Shown here one piece after another: positions 9,433 through 19,860 of a DNA stretch of 64,000 nucleotides (position 1 is the first letter of the stretch; the number at the start of each line of letters is the position of its first letter). A program made the translations under genes and the position numbers. This stretch comes from Ignavibacteriota bacterium. Lineage in GTDB: Bacteria > Bacteroidota > Ignavibacteria > Tepidaquicellales > Tepidaquicellaceae. The notes under the pieces were generated by a model that ran no database searches, was not told where the DNA came from, and saw only the letters and a list, made by a program, of their open reading frames with translations. The DNA lies in contig JAGQWG010000001.1 of assembly GCA_020437585.1 (NCBI GenBank), positions 216,577-280,576 on the forward strand, read 5' to 3'.

Positions 9433-9912
9433 ATGAGCTTTCTTTATAATAAATACTTCCAATTACTCCTTAGGTTTGTCGTTGGTGTAATTTTTATTTA
9501 CTCCTCATTAGATAAACTTTTCAATCCCGGAGATTTTGCCGTTGCAGTAAAAAACTATCAGATATTACCCCTCGGATTAGTTAATATTTTTGCAATAATT
9601 ATTCCATACGTTGAATTTCTTGCGGGTACCTTTTTAGTATTTGGGTTATTAAAGAAAGGAAGCTCTTTTACGATTTCTGCTCTATTGGTGGTCTTTTTAA
9701 TTGCTTTAATTAGGGCTAAATTAACCGGATTGGATATAAATTGTGGTTGTTTTTCTATTGATTCAAATGCGCCAAAATCCGATATTTCTATAAGGATTTT
9801 TGAGGATATTCTAATGCTGATCGGTTCGCTAATCATTTATTTTTTCTGCGAGCCAAAAAAAGAAGCCGAAACTACGGCAAATACAGAACTTAAAACTCAA
9901 GGAGAAATATAA
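9433..9912 (+). CDS. MauE/DoxX-family membrane protein
   Basis: 159 aa with four transmembrane helices and a CGCF motif. Abuts the rhodanese gene. Confidence 0.6.
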   Translation: MSFLYNKYFQLLLRFVVGVIFIYSSLDKLFNPGDFAVAVKNYQILPLGLVNIFAIIIPYVEFLAGTFLVFGLLKKGSSFTISALLVVFLIALIRAKLTGLDINCGCFSIDSNAPKSDISIRIFEDILMLIGSLIIYFFCEPKKEAETTANTELKTQGEI

Positions 9913-10359
9913 ATGTCAAATTTTTTAAACAGTAATGGAGGAAAAGCTTCATTCTTTGCTATCGGACTGGCAATAATTGTCGGAATAATGTTTTTTGTAG
10001 TATCCAATAATAAGATAGTTGCCTCAAATTCTTCAGCTCATCTCGTATTTAATGAAACAGTTCATGATTTTGGTACAGTACCGGAAGGTCCGCAAATAGA
10101 ATATAACTTTAAGTTTGTAAATAAAGGAAGCACTCCTTTAAAGATAGATAAAGTTACAACATCATGCGGTTGCACAGCTGCTACTACAAACGGAAAAGAA
10201 GAATACGGTAAAGGTGAAGAAGGATCTATCCATGTAACGTTTAATACGCGCGGAAGATCCGGAGTTCAGGAAAAAACATTGATGGTATTTTCAAATGACT
10301 CAAAAGAACCTCAGCAAACTTTAAAAATAACTTGTAATATAGATCCAAACGCTAACTAA
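9913..10359 (+). CDS. DUF1573 domain protein
   Basis: HDFGTVPEGPQIEYNFKFVNKGSTPLKIDKVTTSCGCT is the classic DUF1573 signature. N-terminal transmembrane anchor. Confidence 0.8.
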   Translation: MSNFLNSNGGKASFFAIGLAIIVGIMFFVVSNNKIVASNSSAHLVFNETVHDFGTVPEGPQIEYNFKFVNKGSTPLKIDKVTTSCGCTAATTNGKEEYGKGEEGSIHVTFNTRGRSGVQEKTLMVFSNDSKEPQQTLKITCNIDPNAN

Positions 10360-10383
10360 TATTAGTAAAGATTAATCGGTTTT

Positions 10384-10416
10384 AACCCTCCCCCTTTACA
10401 GAGGAGGGTTTTTTAT
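10384..10416. terminator. Intrinsic terminator between convergent genes
   Basis: AACCCTCC (10384-10391) pairs with GGAGGGTT (10403-10410), followed by TTTTATT. Confidence 0.7.
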
Positions 10417-11789
10417 TCCACTTCCTTGATTTCTTTTAAATGATCTTTTTCTTCCAAAAGCTTGATTGATTTTAATTTCCACTTCCCTCTCTTAAACCAA
10501 ATCGCCATTAAGATACCCTTGCCTAGATTTGAAACAGCAATAGCGAGCCAGATTCCGTTTAATCCAAGCCCTGGTGAAAGTAATGCCGCGAGCGGAATAC
10601 GGAGAATGTTAAAGGGCATTGTTATTATTGCCGGCGGCATAGTATCACCTGCCCCTGAAAATGCTCCTTCCAATACAACCTCAACGGCAGTAAAGATTAA
10701 CACAGCTGAAGCAAACTTATTGTAGTCTGAAGCTGCATTTATCACTGCTAAGTCTGAGGTAAAGATGGAAGCAATTTCCGAACTAAACATAAACAGACCT
10801 ATAGAATATACAAGAACGATACCTCCGCAGACAGCAACAATCCTCCATGCTATGTTTTCTGCCTCATCTTTCTTACCGGCACCAAAGCTATGACCCACCA
10901 TTATTGTTGAGGCGAGTGTAAATCCCATACAGATTTGGAATGCTACAGATTCCGATTTATGCCCGATCCCCATAGCAGCCAACCCGGTTGACCCGTATAG
11001 TGCAACAAATCTTGCTACAAAAACATATATCATAGAAAAAGCCATTCCGTTAACTGCAACGGGCGTTCCAATTTTAAACGTTTCTTTTACTATAGGGAGA
11101 TTTATAGTGTATTTCTTTATTGAATTAAGAAGATCCCTCCGCCGGGCAATAACATATCCGATAATATATGAAAGCAAGTATGAAAACAGCGTCGCAAAAG
11201 CGGCTCCGCTCAGCCCGAATTGCAGTATTCTTTCGTTGCCTATCTGAATTCCGAATATCAGTAAAGGGGTTGTAAAAAAGTTCAAAGCTACAGCAAAAAG
11301 AAGTAAGTAAAATGGTGTTTTTGTATCACCATAGCCCCTAAAAACAGCACTAATGGCATCTCTTAGTGCAAGACAGGGCAAACCTATCAAAATGGGGATG
11401 AGATATTGATTTGCCTGTGAAACCTCTGTATCATTGAGCCCCATAATATAAAATAATCCCGGGATAACTGGGATCATCGCCCAGCCTATTAATATAGAGA
11501 AAAGAAAACTATTTGTTATATTAACTGTACTTACTTTTTTTGACAAATTAAAATCTTTAGCACCAACAGACTGGGCTACAAGTGCGTTAAGACCTAGAGA
11601 AATAACCTCAGTCAGGGAAATGACACCCCAGACTATAAATGTAGCAACAGTCAAGCCAGCCAGCTCCAAGCTGCCGAGTTTCCCCACCCAATATGCATCA
11701 ATAATGGAAAAGGAAGATTTTGTAATTGTATATAATACAGCCGGGAGAGCTAAAGAGAGTATCTTTTTATTAATAGAAATGCCTGTCAT
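10413..11789 (-). CDS. MATE family efflux transporter
   Basis: 458 aa with about 12 transmembrane helices. N-terminal LALPAVLYTITKSSFSIIDAYWVGKLGS is MATE-typical. Confidence 0.85.
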   Translation of the reverse strand: MTGISINKKILSLALPAVLYTITKSSFSIIDAYWVGKLGSLELAGLTVATFIVWGVISLTEVISLGLNALVAQSVGAKDFNLSKKVSTVNITNSFLFSILIGWAMIPVIPGLFYIMGLNDTEVSQANQYLIPILIGLPCLALRDAISAVFRGYGDTKTPFYLLLFAVALNFFTTPLLIFGIQIGNERILQFGLSGAAFATLFSYLLSYIIGYVIARRRDLLNSIKKYTINLPIVKETFKIGTPVAVNGMAFSMIYVFVARFVALYGSTGLAAMGIGHKSESVAFQICMGFTLASTIMVGHSFGAGKKDEAENIAWRIVAVCGGIVLVYSIGLFMFSSEIASIFTSDLAVINAASDYNKFASAVLIFTAVEVVLEGAFSGAGDTMPPAIITMPFNILRIPLAALLSPGLGLNGIWLAIAVSNLGKGILMAIWFKRGKWKLKSIKLLEEKDHLKEIKEVE

Positions 11790-11912
11790 GTGGTTACTTA
11801 AAATAAAGGAATTGAATTAAATATTAACTACACAAAATGGGCTATATACTAATCAATATACTATTTTTCCTCTCTTTTATTTTCATTATATTAATAAATC
11901 ATTTTCTGCCAC

Positions 11913-14303
11913 ATGTTTAAAAGCAAAATTATTTTAAATATTATAATCTTAGTTGTTGTTTCCTTAACTTCGATACCTCTTTTTGCCCAAAATGATGATA
12001 ATGAGCAAACAGGTATTAAAGTCAAAGGACGTATACTAGACTTTATCTCAAAGGGAGTGCTTGAAGGATGCTCTGTTCAATATATGGAAAACGATAGTAT
12101 AGTACTGATTGTGTTTTCAGATGATAAAGGTATGTTTTCACTGAGTATTGATACTGCAAAGAATTCATTCATAAGACTTTTGAAAGAGGATTATGAAACC
12201 AGGGTCCTCCCGTCATCTATTCTTTCGGTTGATAATTTAGACACGATTTTTATGGTATCCTCAAAATACATAACAGATGAGATTACTGTTGAAGGTGAAC
12301 TTCTATTTATGCAGGTAGAAGATGATAAGTATATCTTTAATCTCAATAAAGAAATTATATCGGGTTCACGCACACTTGCCGACCTTTTAAGAAAGATTCC
12401 CTTACTATCAATTGATCTGGAAGGGAACGTTACTCTAAACGGTTCAACACCACAATTTTTGATGGATGGACGTAAAACTGATATATCTAGCTTTTTAAAA
12501 CAATTCCCGGCTGATATTTTCTCAAAAATTGAGATCCTTATCAATCCGTCGTCGAAATACAATTCCGTTTCGGGTACAGGAATTATAAATCTTATCACAA
12601 AAGAGGAGACCGGTTATAATATATACGGAAGTGTAAACGCAGACGTAACAAACCAACTAAATTATAATGGTGGTGCGACCCTTAACTATTACAAAAACAA
12701 GTTTAACATTGGGTCAAGATACAGTAACTCACATTATAATAATGATATCGATTATACCTCCACTAGGCTAAGCTATCTCGATAGCTCAACTCATGAAGTA
12801 AACTCATCTTCTACTTCCGGATATACCTCAAATTACGGATCGATCAGTTCAGATTACTCTTATGGAAAGGAAAATTATTTCGGATTGAGCGGCAGATTTA
12901 ATTCAAATATTAGCAACAACTCTTCGAATACAGATGAATCAGATATTAACTCAAATAATGTTACAACAAATTTTCAAAGAGGTGTTCAAACCTTTAGTAG
13001 TAAACCATATTCGCTTAATCTAGCTGCTTATAATAATATTACCAAAGGTGAAAGCGAATTTTACAGCGAATATGATTTTGAATATAGAAAATATAATTCT
13101 TACAATAACTTTACTATAGAAGACTTATTCAATAGCAATGATTCATATTTGCGAAACGAATCCACATTAAATACTAGTAGAAATCATACAGTAAAGCTCG
13201 ATTACTTAAACAGAATTAACAGAACGTTTGGAATCGAAAGTGGATTATACGGTGAATTGAACTACATAGAGAATAATTACTCAAACTCATATTCATCTGT
13301 GGATTCGACCAGTGTCAGCCCAAACAATTTTTACTACAACAATGATATTGCTGGTGCTTACACAGACATTTCTTTTAAAATACTGAAATTAAGAACAAAA
13401 TTTGGTGGTAGATTAGAGTACTATTATAATTATGGAAATCAGAAAACGACCGGCGAAGAATTTAATAATTCGTATCTTGATATTATGCCATATGTAAATT
13501 TATCGTATAAAACCAATGACTTTACAACGATGAAATTTTCTTATTCCAATAGAGTTTCTCGCCCGGGCTATAGTAGACTTAACCCTTATAAAAAGTATTC
13601 TGACCCTTACCACTATTCGGTTGGAAACCCGTATCTTCAGCCCGAACGTAGACAGAATTTTGAAATTGGATTTAACACCCTATTTGAACAACTAAACATA
13701 AACTTCTCAATATTCTATAAATTAGCGACTAATGTAATTGAGCGGACAGTAAAGCTTCTAGAGGGAAATGTAGCCGCCTCTACCTATGACAATATTTCCA
13801 CATCGAAAAGCTACGGATTGAGTACCTATCTAACAGGTCAATTATTTGAAGTCTTTAATTTGAACGCAGGATTCAGGGCAGATAAATTAGACTATTCTAA
13901 TTATACTTCTGGGGGATGGAATTATAATCTGAATGCCGGAGTATATGGAGAACTTAAAAACTTATTCTCATGGGGCGCAAATTTCTATTATTCTGCTAAC
14001 TCGTATTCGTACCAATCTTCTCACGGAAGTTTTCAAAGCTTATTTTTATACTTTGGAAAGGATTTATTTGATGAAAAGCTAAACATTGCAGTAAATATTA
14101 TGAATCCATTTAATAAAAATACTTATAATTCGGATATTTATGGGGAAAATTTTAAGCAAACATATAAAAGCACATATAATGCTCAATTATTTTCGCTGTC
14201 AGTAAGCTATATATTTGGTGAAAGTGAAGATTCCCAGATTAAGAAAAAGAATAATGATAGGAAGCCTAAAAATACTCCGTCAGATGAAGGGGGCTTGAAA
14301 TAA
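11913..14303 (+). CDS. Outer-membrane beta-barrel protein (TonB-dependent-receptor-like) with an N-terminal carboxypeptidase-regulatory-like domain
   Basis: 796 aa with a signal peptide. N/S/Y-rich alternating beta-strand sequence. The C-terminal SVSYIFG strand is followed by a basic tail. Confidence 0.65.
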   Translation: MFKSKIILNIIILVVVSLTSIPLFAQNDDNEQTGIKVKGRILDFISKGVLEGCSVQYMENDSIVLIVFSDDKGMFSLSIDTAKNSFIRLLKEDYETRVLPSSILSVDNLDTIFMVSSKYITDEITVEGELLFMQVEDDKYIFNLNKEIISGSRTLADLLRKIPLLSIDLEGNVTLNGSTPQFLMDGRKTDISSFLKQFPADIFSKIEILINPSSKYNSVSGTGIINLITKEETGYNIYGSVNADVTNQLNYNGGATLNYYKNKFNIGSRYSNSHYNNDIDYTSTRLSYLDSSTHEVNSSSTSGYTSNYGSISSDYSYGKENYFGLSGRFNSNISNNSSNTDESDINSNNVTTNFQRGVQTFSSKPYSLNLAAYNNITKGESEFYSEYDFEYRKYNSYNNFTIEDLFNSNDSYLRNESTLNTSRNHTVKLDYLNRINRTFGIESGLYGELNYIENNYSNSYSSVDSTSVSPNNFYYNNDIAGAYTDISFKILKLRTKFGGRLEYYYNYGNQKTTGEEFNNSYLDIMPYVNLSYKTNDFTTMKFSYSNRVSRPGYSRLNPYKKYSDPYHYSVGNPYLQPERRQNFEIGFNTLFEQLNINFSIFYKLATNVIERTVKLLEGNVAASTYDNISTSKSYGLSTYLTGQLFEVFNLNAGFRADKLDYSNYTSGGWNYNLNAGVYGELKNLFSWGANFYYSANSYSYQSSHGSFQSLFLYFGKDLFDEKLNIAVNIMNPFNKNTYNSDIYGENFKQTYKSTYNAQLFSLSVSYIFGESEDSQIKKKNNDRKPKNTPSDEGGLK

Positions 14304-14373
14304 TTACTGCAAATCCTCCATTTCAGTTTATATTTTAATTCTATTCCTATAAATTAAAATATAAACTACTCAA

Positions 14374-14874
14374 TTGGCTCACGAAATAAAAATTCCCGAA
14401 TCGGCTTCAAAAACCGACATCTATGATCTGTTAATAAAACAGATTGACTTTTTATTAAAAGATGAACATAATATTATATCTAATATTGCAAACATTACAT
14501 CTGTTCTTAAATATTCACTTCCGGGGGTGATCTGGGTCGGATTTTATTTTTACGAACCAGCTACAAATGAACTGGTACTTGGACCTTTCCAGGGAAAAGT
14601 TGCTTGTACACGAATCAAATCAGGTCAAGGTGTTTGTGGACAGTCACTTGAAAGAAAAGAATCCATTATAGTTGAAGATGTAGAGAAATTTCCAGGACAT
14701 ATTTATTGTGATTCCGATTCACGCTCTGAGATTGTGATCCCGATAATATCGAATGGTACCCCAAAGGGGGTCCTTGATCTTGACAGCGACAGCATTGGAA
14801 ATTTCGATGAAACAGATAGATTGTATCTTGAAAAGCTAATAGAAAACATTAAGTATTTATTTGAAAATGAATAA
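14374..14874 (+). CDS. GAF-domain protein (free methionine-R-sulfoxide reductase-like)
   Basis: WVGFYFYEP...LVLGPFQGKVACTRIKSGQGVCG...IVEDV..FPGHIYCDS.SRSEIVIPI...GVLDLDS. TTG start. Confidence 0.8.
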   Translation: MAHEIKIPESASKTDIYDLLIKQIDFLLKDEHNIISNIANITSVLKYSLPGVIWVGFYFYEPATNELVLGPFQGKVACTRIKSGQGVCGQSLERKESIIVEDVEKFPGHIYCDSDSRSEIVIPIISNGTPKGVLDLDSDSIGNFDETDRLYLEKLIENIKYLFENE

Positions 14875-15151
14875 AAAATCTCTTTTAAATAAGATAATAT
14901 ATAAGAGTACCTTACGAAAGGATACGGCTGAAAAAATATTTGATAGGATGTTTGAATTAATGAAAGAAAGTGTAAAAGAGAATAAAGGCTTTGGGATTGA
15001 TGAATTTGGTAACTTTGAGGTTATTCATATAGGTATGCGAAAAGAATTCGACAGCAAAAAAAAATCTGAAGTCTTAATTCCTCCTAAAGATAAGGTTTTA
15101 TTTACACCATCTGGAGTTTTGCTGGATAATATAAACGAAACCGTTGAATAA
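14861..15151 (+). CDS. HU/IHF-family DNA-binding protein (divergent)
   Basis: 96 aa with HU-like fold signals (FDRMFELMKESVKENKGFGIDEFGNFEV...PPKDKVLFTPS). Overlaps both neighbouring genes. Confidence 0.6.
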   Translation: MKMNKKSLLNKIIYKSTLRKDTAEKIFDRMFELMKESVKENKGFGIDEFGNFEVIHIGMRKEFDSKKKSEVLIPPKDKVLFTPSGVLLDNINETVE

Positions 15152-17120
15152 AGATGAACTTGTTATAAAACTTGCCGAGGAATTCGGTATCTCAACCATC
15201 GACATTTATCAATTGGTAAATTCGGTTATCGATTCGATGTCAAACGCACTGAGAAAAGGTAAAGCTATAAACATTAGCGAGTTCGGCAAGTTTAAAATTA
15301 TTTCAAGAAAAAAGGGAGAAGATATATATAAGACTGTTTCGTTCTCACCTGTTAAAAAATTTGCATTTGAAGTAAACTCAAAGTATAACAATCTTTCACC
15401 AACTATTCTCAGACCGTCAACAGACAAAGATGATGAAACATCTGGAATAAATAAAAAAGCTCCATTCAAAAGAGATATTGAATATAAAATATTACCAGAA
15501 AACATAAATCCAAGAGTAATGGAAAACAAAGATAAATATGACCGAAGTATCATTCGTGATGACCTTTCTCAAGATTCATCATCTAATGAGATTAATGATT
15601 TCATTAAAAGTAAGTTGGAAAACCCAGAGGGAGAACATATTTCCGGAGAAAAAGACATGAAAAATTTTGAATTACCGCATAGCCTGATAGAGCTTCACAA
15701 AGATATCACAAGTGAAGAGAAAATAGAGGACATTTTGCCCAGTCCGGATCAACTACCTGAAATTGATCAACTCGCAAGTATCGAAAGACTGATCAATGAA
15801 AGGAAAAAAGCGCTCGAACAATTAACTCCCGAGCATCAAACCGAGGAAAGGGATGAATCAACATCGATGCAGGAACATGATATCAAAGATTTTGCAATAG
15901 ACGATAGGGATAAGTTAGAGGAGTTTAAGACTTTCGAAGATGAAAGGAATGCAGAACTAAGTAAAATAATAGCGGAAAGAAATAAAATAATAGAAGATAT
16001 TAATTTAATGGTCGAGCAGGTAGATGAAATTCCCGCCATAAAGGAGATACACATCGATGAAAAACCTATCCTGGAAGAAAAGCATGCCGAAGATGAAAAA
16101 CCATTGGAAGAAATGACTGTTGATAAACTTGAGCCAGCACCTGAGATCCAACAGGAAGATATGACTCTAAAAGAGGATAAGTCAGAGGAAACGAAATTCC
16201 AGTATGACGAGACAGAATTACTGCATGAAAATTTTGATCCTATTGCTAGCGATGATGATATAAACAAGGATACTGATTATACAAAAAATGACATATTAAT
16301 ACCGGAGGATGTTGAAGAGCTAAAATCGGGAATATTAGAGACTGGAAATGATGCTAAGAGTTTCGAAGATATATTTGAAGCCAAGACTGATCCCTTCCCT
16401 GATAAAAAGGAAGTTGAAAAACCAACGCAAATCCGGGAGGAAAAGAAGTTAATTGAACCTCCTGTATCAAAAATTCCCGAACTCAAAACTCCTCAACCCT
16501 CTCCAATCCTTTCACAATCCCCCTCATACATTAAAAAGGAGCAGGAAAGGGAGCAGATGTACAAGGAAAAGTCCGAAAAATCTCGTAAAAAGGGTTACTG
16601 GATCGGAGGAGCTATTGTAGCATTCTTAATTCTAATGGTTTATCTGGCTTCAAACACGGGCAGTTTTACACCACCGCCTGAAAGCAAAAACGATCAGGTC
16701 AATACGGAACAGCAAAACACACCTCCGCAAAACAGTGAACAAAAAAGTGAACAACAAAATCAAACTTCAAAAGAAAATATACCGCCCGTAACTACAAACC
16801 AGGAACAGAATACGGAAAAAGCACCTGAGACAAAAGATGAAAAGACACAGCAAACACCTCCTGCTCAAGAAGAGGTTACCTTTGATAAAACCCTTAACGT
16901 TGCTTTTGTTAACGCACCGGACGGAATCTATATTCAAACAGCATCCTTTAAAACAAAGTCAGATGCTGATAAGTCCGCTTCAAAAATATCGGCAGGCAAC
17001 AAAAAAGTTTCTGTGGTTCAAGCTGACCTGGGTGAAAAAGGGACTTATTACAGGGTTAGGATTGGTAAGTTTGCATCAATGGAAGAAGCAAGGGAGTTTG
17101 CCGGTAAGCTTAAGAAGTAG
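15144..17120 (+). CDS. HU-like N-terminal domain + long acidic linker + TM helix + C-terminal SPOR domain protein
   Basis: N-terminus: SVIDSMSNALRKGKAINISEFGKFKII. About 350 aa of E/D/K-rich sequence. Transmembrane helix GYWIGGAIVAFLILMVYL. C-terminal SPOR-like YIQTASFKTKSDADK...YYRVRIGKFASMEEAREFAGKL. Confidence 0.7.
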   Translation: MNKDELVIKLAEEFGISTIDIYQLVNSVIDSMSNALRKGKAINISEFGKFKIISRKKGEDIYKTVSFSPVKKFAFEVNSKYNNLSPTILRPSTDKDDETSGINKKAPFKRDIEYKILPENINPRVMENKDKYDRSIIRDDLSQDSSSNEINDFIKSKLENPEGEHISGEKDMKNFELPHSLIELHKDITSEEKIEDILPSPDQLPEIDQLASIERLINERKKALEQLTPEHQTEERDESTSMQEHDIKDFAIDDRDKLEEFKTFEDERNAELSKIIAERNKIIEDINLMVEQVDEIPAIKEIHIDEKPILEEKHAEDEKPLEEMTVDKLEPAPEIQQEDMTLKEDKSEETKFQYDETELLHENFDPIASDDDINKDTDYTKNDILIPEDVEELKSGILETGNDAKSFEDIFEAKTDPFPDKKEVEKPTQIREEKKLIEPPVSKIPELKTPQPSPILSQSPSYIKKEQEREQMYKEKSEKSRKKGYWIGGAIVAFLILMVYLASNTGSFTPPPESKNDQVNTEQQNTPPQNSEQKSEQQNQTSKENIPPVTTNQEQNTEKAPETKDEKTQQTPPAQEEVTFDKTLNVAFVNAPDGIYIQTASFKTKSDADKSASKISAGNKKVSVVQADLGEKGTYYRVRIGKFASMEEAREFAGKLKK

Positions 17121-18765
17121 TTCGCTTACGAAATTTTAGCCCAATAGCGATAATTAATGTTGCTATTGAGACCAGAATCATAATTTTAGAGAAAACGTCA
17201 CCATGAGTGGTATAAAACGTTTTCTCTTTTCTTATGCCTATTTCCGAATTAATGATAGCCTGTTCGTTTACATTTGAGACATCATACATGTTTCCATAAG
17301 GATCGATAGTACATGATATTCCAGTATTGGCGCTTCTTGCTATCCATCGACGGTTCTCTATTGCCCGGAAAGTTGCATACTGATTGTGCTGGTAGGTTCC
17401 GAATAGTTTTCCCCACCACCCGTCATTTGTAATTATAACCGAAAACTCCGCTCCCATATCCACATAATGAGCAAAGAATTCCGGAAAAACGGATTCATAG
17501 CAAATAGCCGTATTGAATTTGTATTTCCCATCCAGATCAAATAAAACAGTGTCCTTCCCGATCTGGAAATTACTCAACCCAACCGACCATTTAATAAGAT
17601 CACGAAGAAATAAAAGTCTGTTTTGGTACGGCATCCTCTCGCTTCCGATTACGAGCTTAAACTTATCGTGTGTCTGATAATTTTCTTTCTTAACATTTTT
17701 CTCGACAAGAATCGCTGTATTAAAAATATCATATTTTCTTCCGTCCGAAAATTCCCGTGCATCAGGAGGAACATAGCCTGTATCAGGGTAATAAAGTATA
17801 TCCGGTGTTCCAATAAGTACAGGAATACCTTGTTCTTGTACAAACGTTTTTATAATAGCATGCTTAGTCTCATTCATAGGCATACGAAGGACATATGGAA
17901 GCGAAGTCTCCGGTAAAATTATAAGTTTAGGTCTTGGCTTATGATCTGCAGCTTCTTCCATAAGCTTAACATACTCCTTTGTAATCTCAAACTGATCACT
18001 GCCCCATTTAAACCATGGGTTCTTGTTCGGCTGAACTATACCAACATCGATCTTTCCATCTTCAAAATTCTTTGTGTATTTTTCACTCGGTGATGTAATA
18101 AATGCATAAAAATCCGGAATGAAATATATAATAATTATAATTATTCCAAGTATTATTATTTTACCGCCTTTCAATTGCCATTCCCTGCTAAAGAGCTTCC
18201 TCGCTCCAAAGAATAATAAAATTGCAATTATCGTTATCCAGAGTGTTACTGTATACATCCCGGTGATATCAATATATTGAACTTTGTGCAAATTATATGT
18301 CTGCGTATATGCCAGAGAAAGCCAGGGAAATGTCAGTTCATTAGTTGTCTGCAGGTATTCAAATGCTATCCATATAGGCGGAAGAAATATGAGAATCAAT
18401 TCCTGGTTCTTCTTAAATTTCATATTCCTGGCGACAAAGAAAAAAATGATAGTTGGAGGTAGTAAATAAACGATCGGATGGAGCAAGGCGGTCATAAACC
18501 CTCCAATAATCATAAAATACTCCGGCTTTGTAAAACCGCTCAATCCTATCCATGAGATCGCTATCATTTCCCAGATAACAAATATCAGATAGGTCCTTAA
18601 TATAACTTGCCTGTATGTAGTTGCTGTCGTTACAATATATATGTAAATAGCAAACGCTACGAAGACTAGGAAGTAAAGATTTACCGGGGGAAACGAGAGA
18701 CCGAAAAAGATCCCTGCTGTGATACAAAGTATTGTCTTGTTCTTGAGAAAATCGGGAATATTCAA
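17110..18765 (-). CDS. lnt: Apolipoprotein N-acyltransferase
   Basis: Multi-transmembrane N-terminal region plus a CN-hydrolase domain. Motifs LPETS, NTAICYESVFPEF and ITNDGWWG. Confidence 0.9.
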   Translation of the reverse strand: MNIPDFLKNKTILCITAGIFFGLSFPPVNLYFLVFVAFAIYIYIVTTATTYRQVILRTYLIFVIWEMIAISWIGLSGFTKPEYFMIIGGFMTALLHPIVYLLPPTIIFFFVARNMKFKKNQELILIFLPPIWIAFEYLQTTNELTFPWLSLAYTQTYNLHKVQYIDITGMYTVTLWITIIAILLFFGARKLFSREWQLKGGKIIILGIIIIIIYFIPDFYAFITSPSEKYTKNFEDGKIDVGIVQPNKNPWFKWGSDQFEITKEYVKLMEEAADHKPRPKLIILPETSLPYVLRMPMNETKHAIIKTFVQEQGIPVLIGTPDILYYPDTGYVPPDAREFSDGRKYDIFNTAILVEKNVKKENYQTHDKFKLVIGSERMPYQNRLLFLRDLIKWSVGLSNFQIGKDTVLFDLDGKYKFNTAICYESVFPEFFAHYVDMGAEFSVIITNDGWWGKLFGTYQHNQYATFRAIENRRWIARSANTGISCTIDPYGNMYDVSNVNEQAIINSEIGIRKEKTFYTTHGDVFSKIMILVSIATLIIAIGLKFRKRTTS

Positions 18766-19322
18766 TTTTGCAAGATTTTGAACTTCTCGTTAAACTTTTT
18801 CCAAATATAAACCAACAGCATAGCCCATAAAATTCCTACTACCGCTCCGACCACCAGGTCGAACGGGTAATGTACGCCGCAAAATACTCTCGAAAGCGAT
18901 ATGATAGTTGCTGCAATATAAAACCACCATTTTAATTTCGGATAAAAATAAGTAAACAAAAACGCAGCAGCAAAATTATTCATTGCATGGTTAGATGGAA
19001 ACGAATATGAATCGTTGCATCCTACAAGCAAGTTTACATTTGGAAGGGAATGACATGGCCTTACTCTTCCAAAAAATTCTTTTAAGAGATTTGAGAACTG
19101 GTCTGTTCCAAGTATCAGTATTATTGCAAGTATAACTGCAACCCTGCCTCTCGCCCCGCCTTTGATAACCAGGTAAAGCCCTACAAGAAAATAAAAGATG
19201 TACCAGTGTTTAGTCTCGGTAATAAACGGCATGAAGGAATCGAAGAAGGGATTTGCCAGCGTCTTATTAAAAAAGTAAAACAGCCAGGAATCTATTCCAT
19301 CGAAGATCATCTCTACACCCAT
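18762..19322 (-). CDS. PAP2-family phosphatase (membrane)
   Basis: Motifs KEFFGRVRP, SFPSNHA and SRVFCGVHYPFD. Confidence 0.85.
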   Translation of the reverse strand: MGVEMIFDGIDSWLFYFFNKTLANPFFDSFMPFITETKHWYIFYFLVGLYLVIKGGARGRVAVILAIILILGTDQFSNLLKEFFGRVRPCHSLPNVNLLVGCNDSYSFPSNHAMNNFAAAFLFTYFYPKLKWWFYIAATIISLSRVFCGVHYPFDLVVGAVVGILWAMLLVYIWKKFNEKFKILQN

Positions 19323-19327
19323 ACGAT

Positions 19328-19810
19328 TTATTTATATAATAATACAACCGAGTAAGATGCACAGCCCTCACCTCTTCCGATCCCTCCCAAACCTTCGTTT
19401 GTCGTCGCTTTTATAGATACTCTATCACAGTTAATAATTCCTGATATGTTCTTCTTCATTTCCGGAATGTGCGGGTATATCTTTGGGTCCTCAAGGATCA
19501 CCATTGTATCCGTGTTTGCAACCTTCCAACCGGCTGAAGCCGCGAGATTCATTGATTCTTCTAATAATACAAGGCTGGAAATATCCTTGAATTCAGGGTC
19601 TGTATTCGGGAATTGATGCCCGATATCTTCAAAACCCGCAGCACCAAGAATAGCATCACACAGTGAGTGCAGAAGCACATCGGCGTCCGAATGGCCATCC
19701 AATCCCATAGAATGAGGAATTTCCACTCCGCCGAGAATGAATTTTCTTCCTTCAGCAAACCTATGGATGTCATATCCAAAACCTATCCTGAAATTGGGGG
19801 TTTCCATCAC
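19328..19810 (-). CDS. ispF: 2-C-methyl-D-erythritol 2,4-cyclodiphosphate synthase
   Basis: FRIGFGYDIHRF...GHSDADVLLHSLCDAILGA. 160 aa. Confidence 0.95.
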   Translation of the reverse strand: MMETPNFRIGFGYDIHRFAEGRKFILGGVEIPHSMGLDGHSDADVLLHSLCDAILGAAGFEDIGHQFPNTDPEFKDISSLVLLEESMNLAASAGWKVANTDTMVILEDPKIYPHIPEMKKNISGIINCDRVSIKATTNEGLGGIGRGEGCASYSVVLLYK

Positions 19811-19860
19811 TCAAAATTAAGTTTAATTATTAATATATACGAGGTATTTGGATAAAAAAT

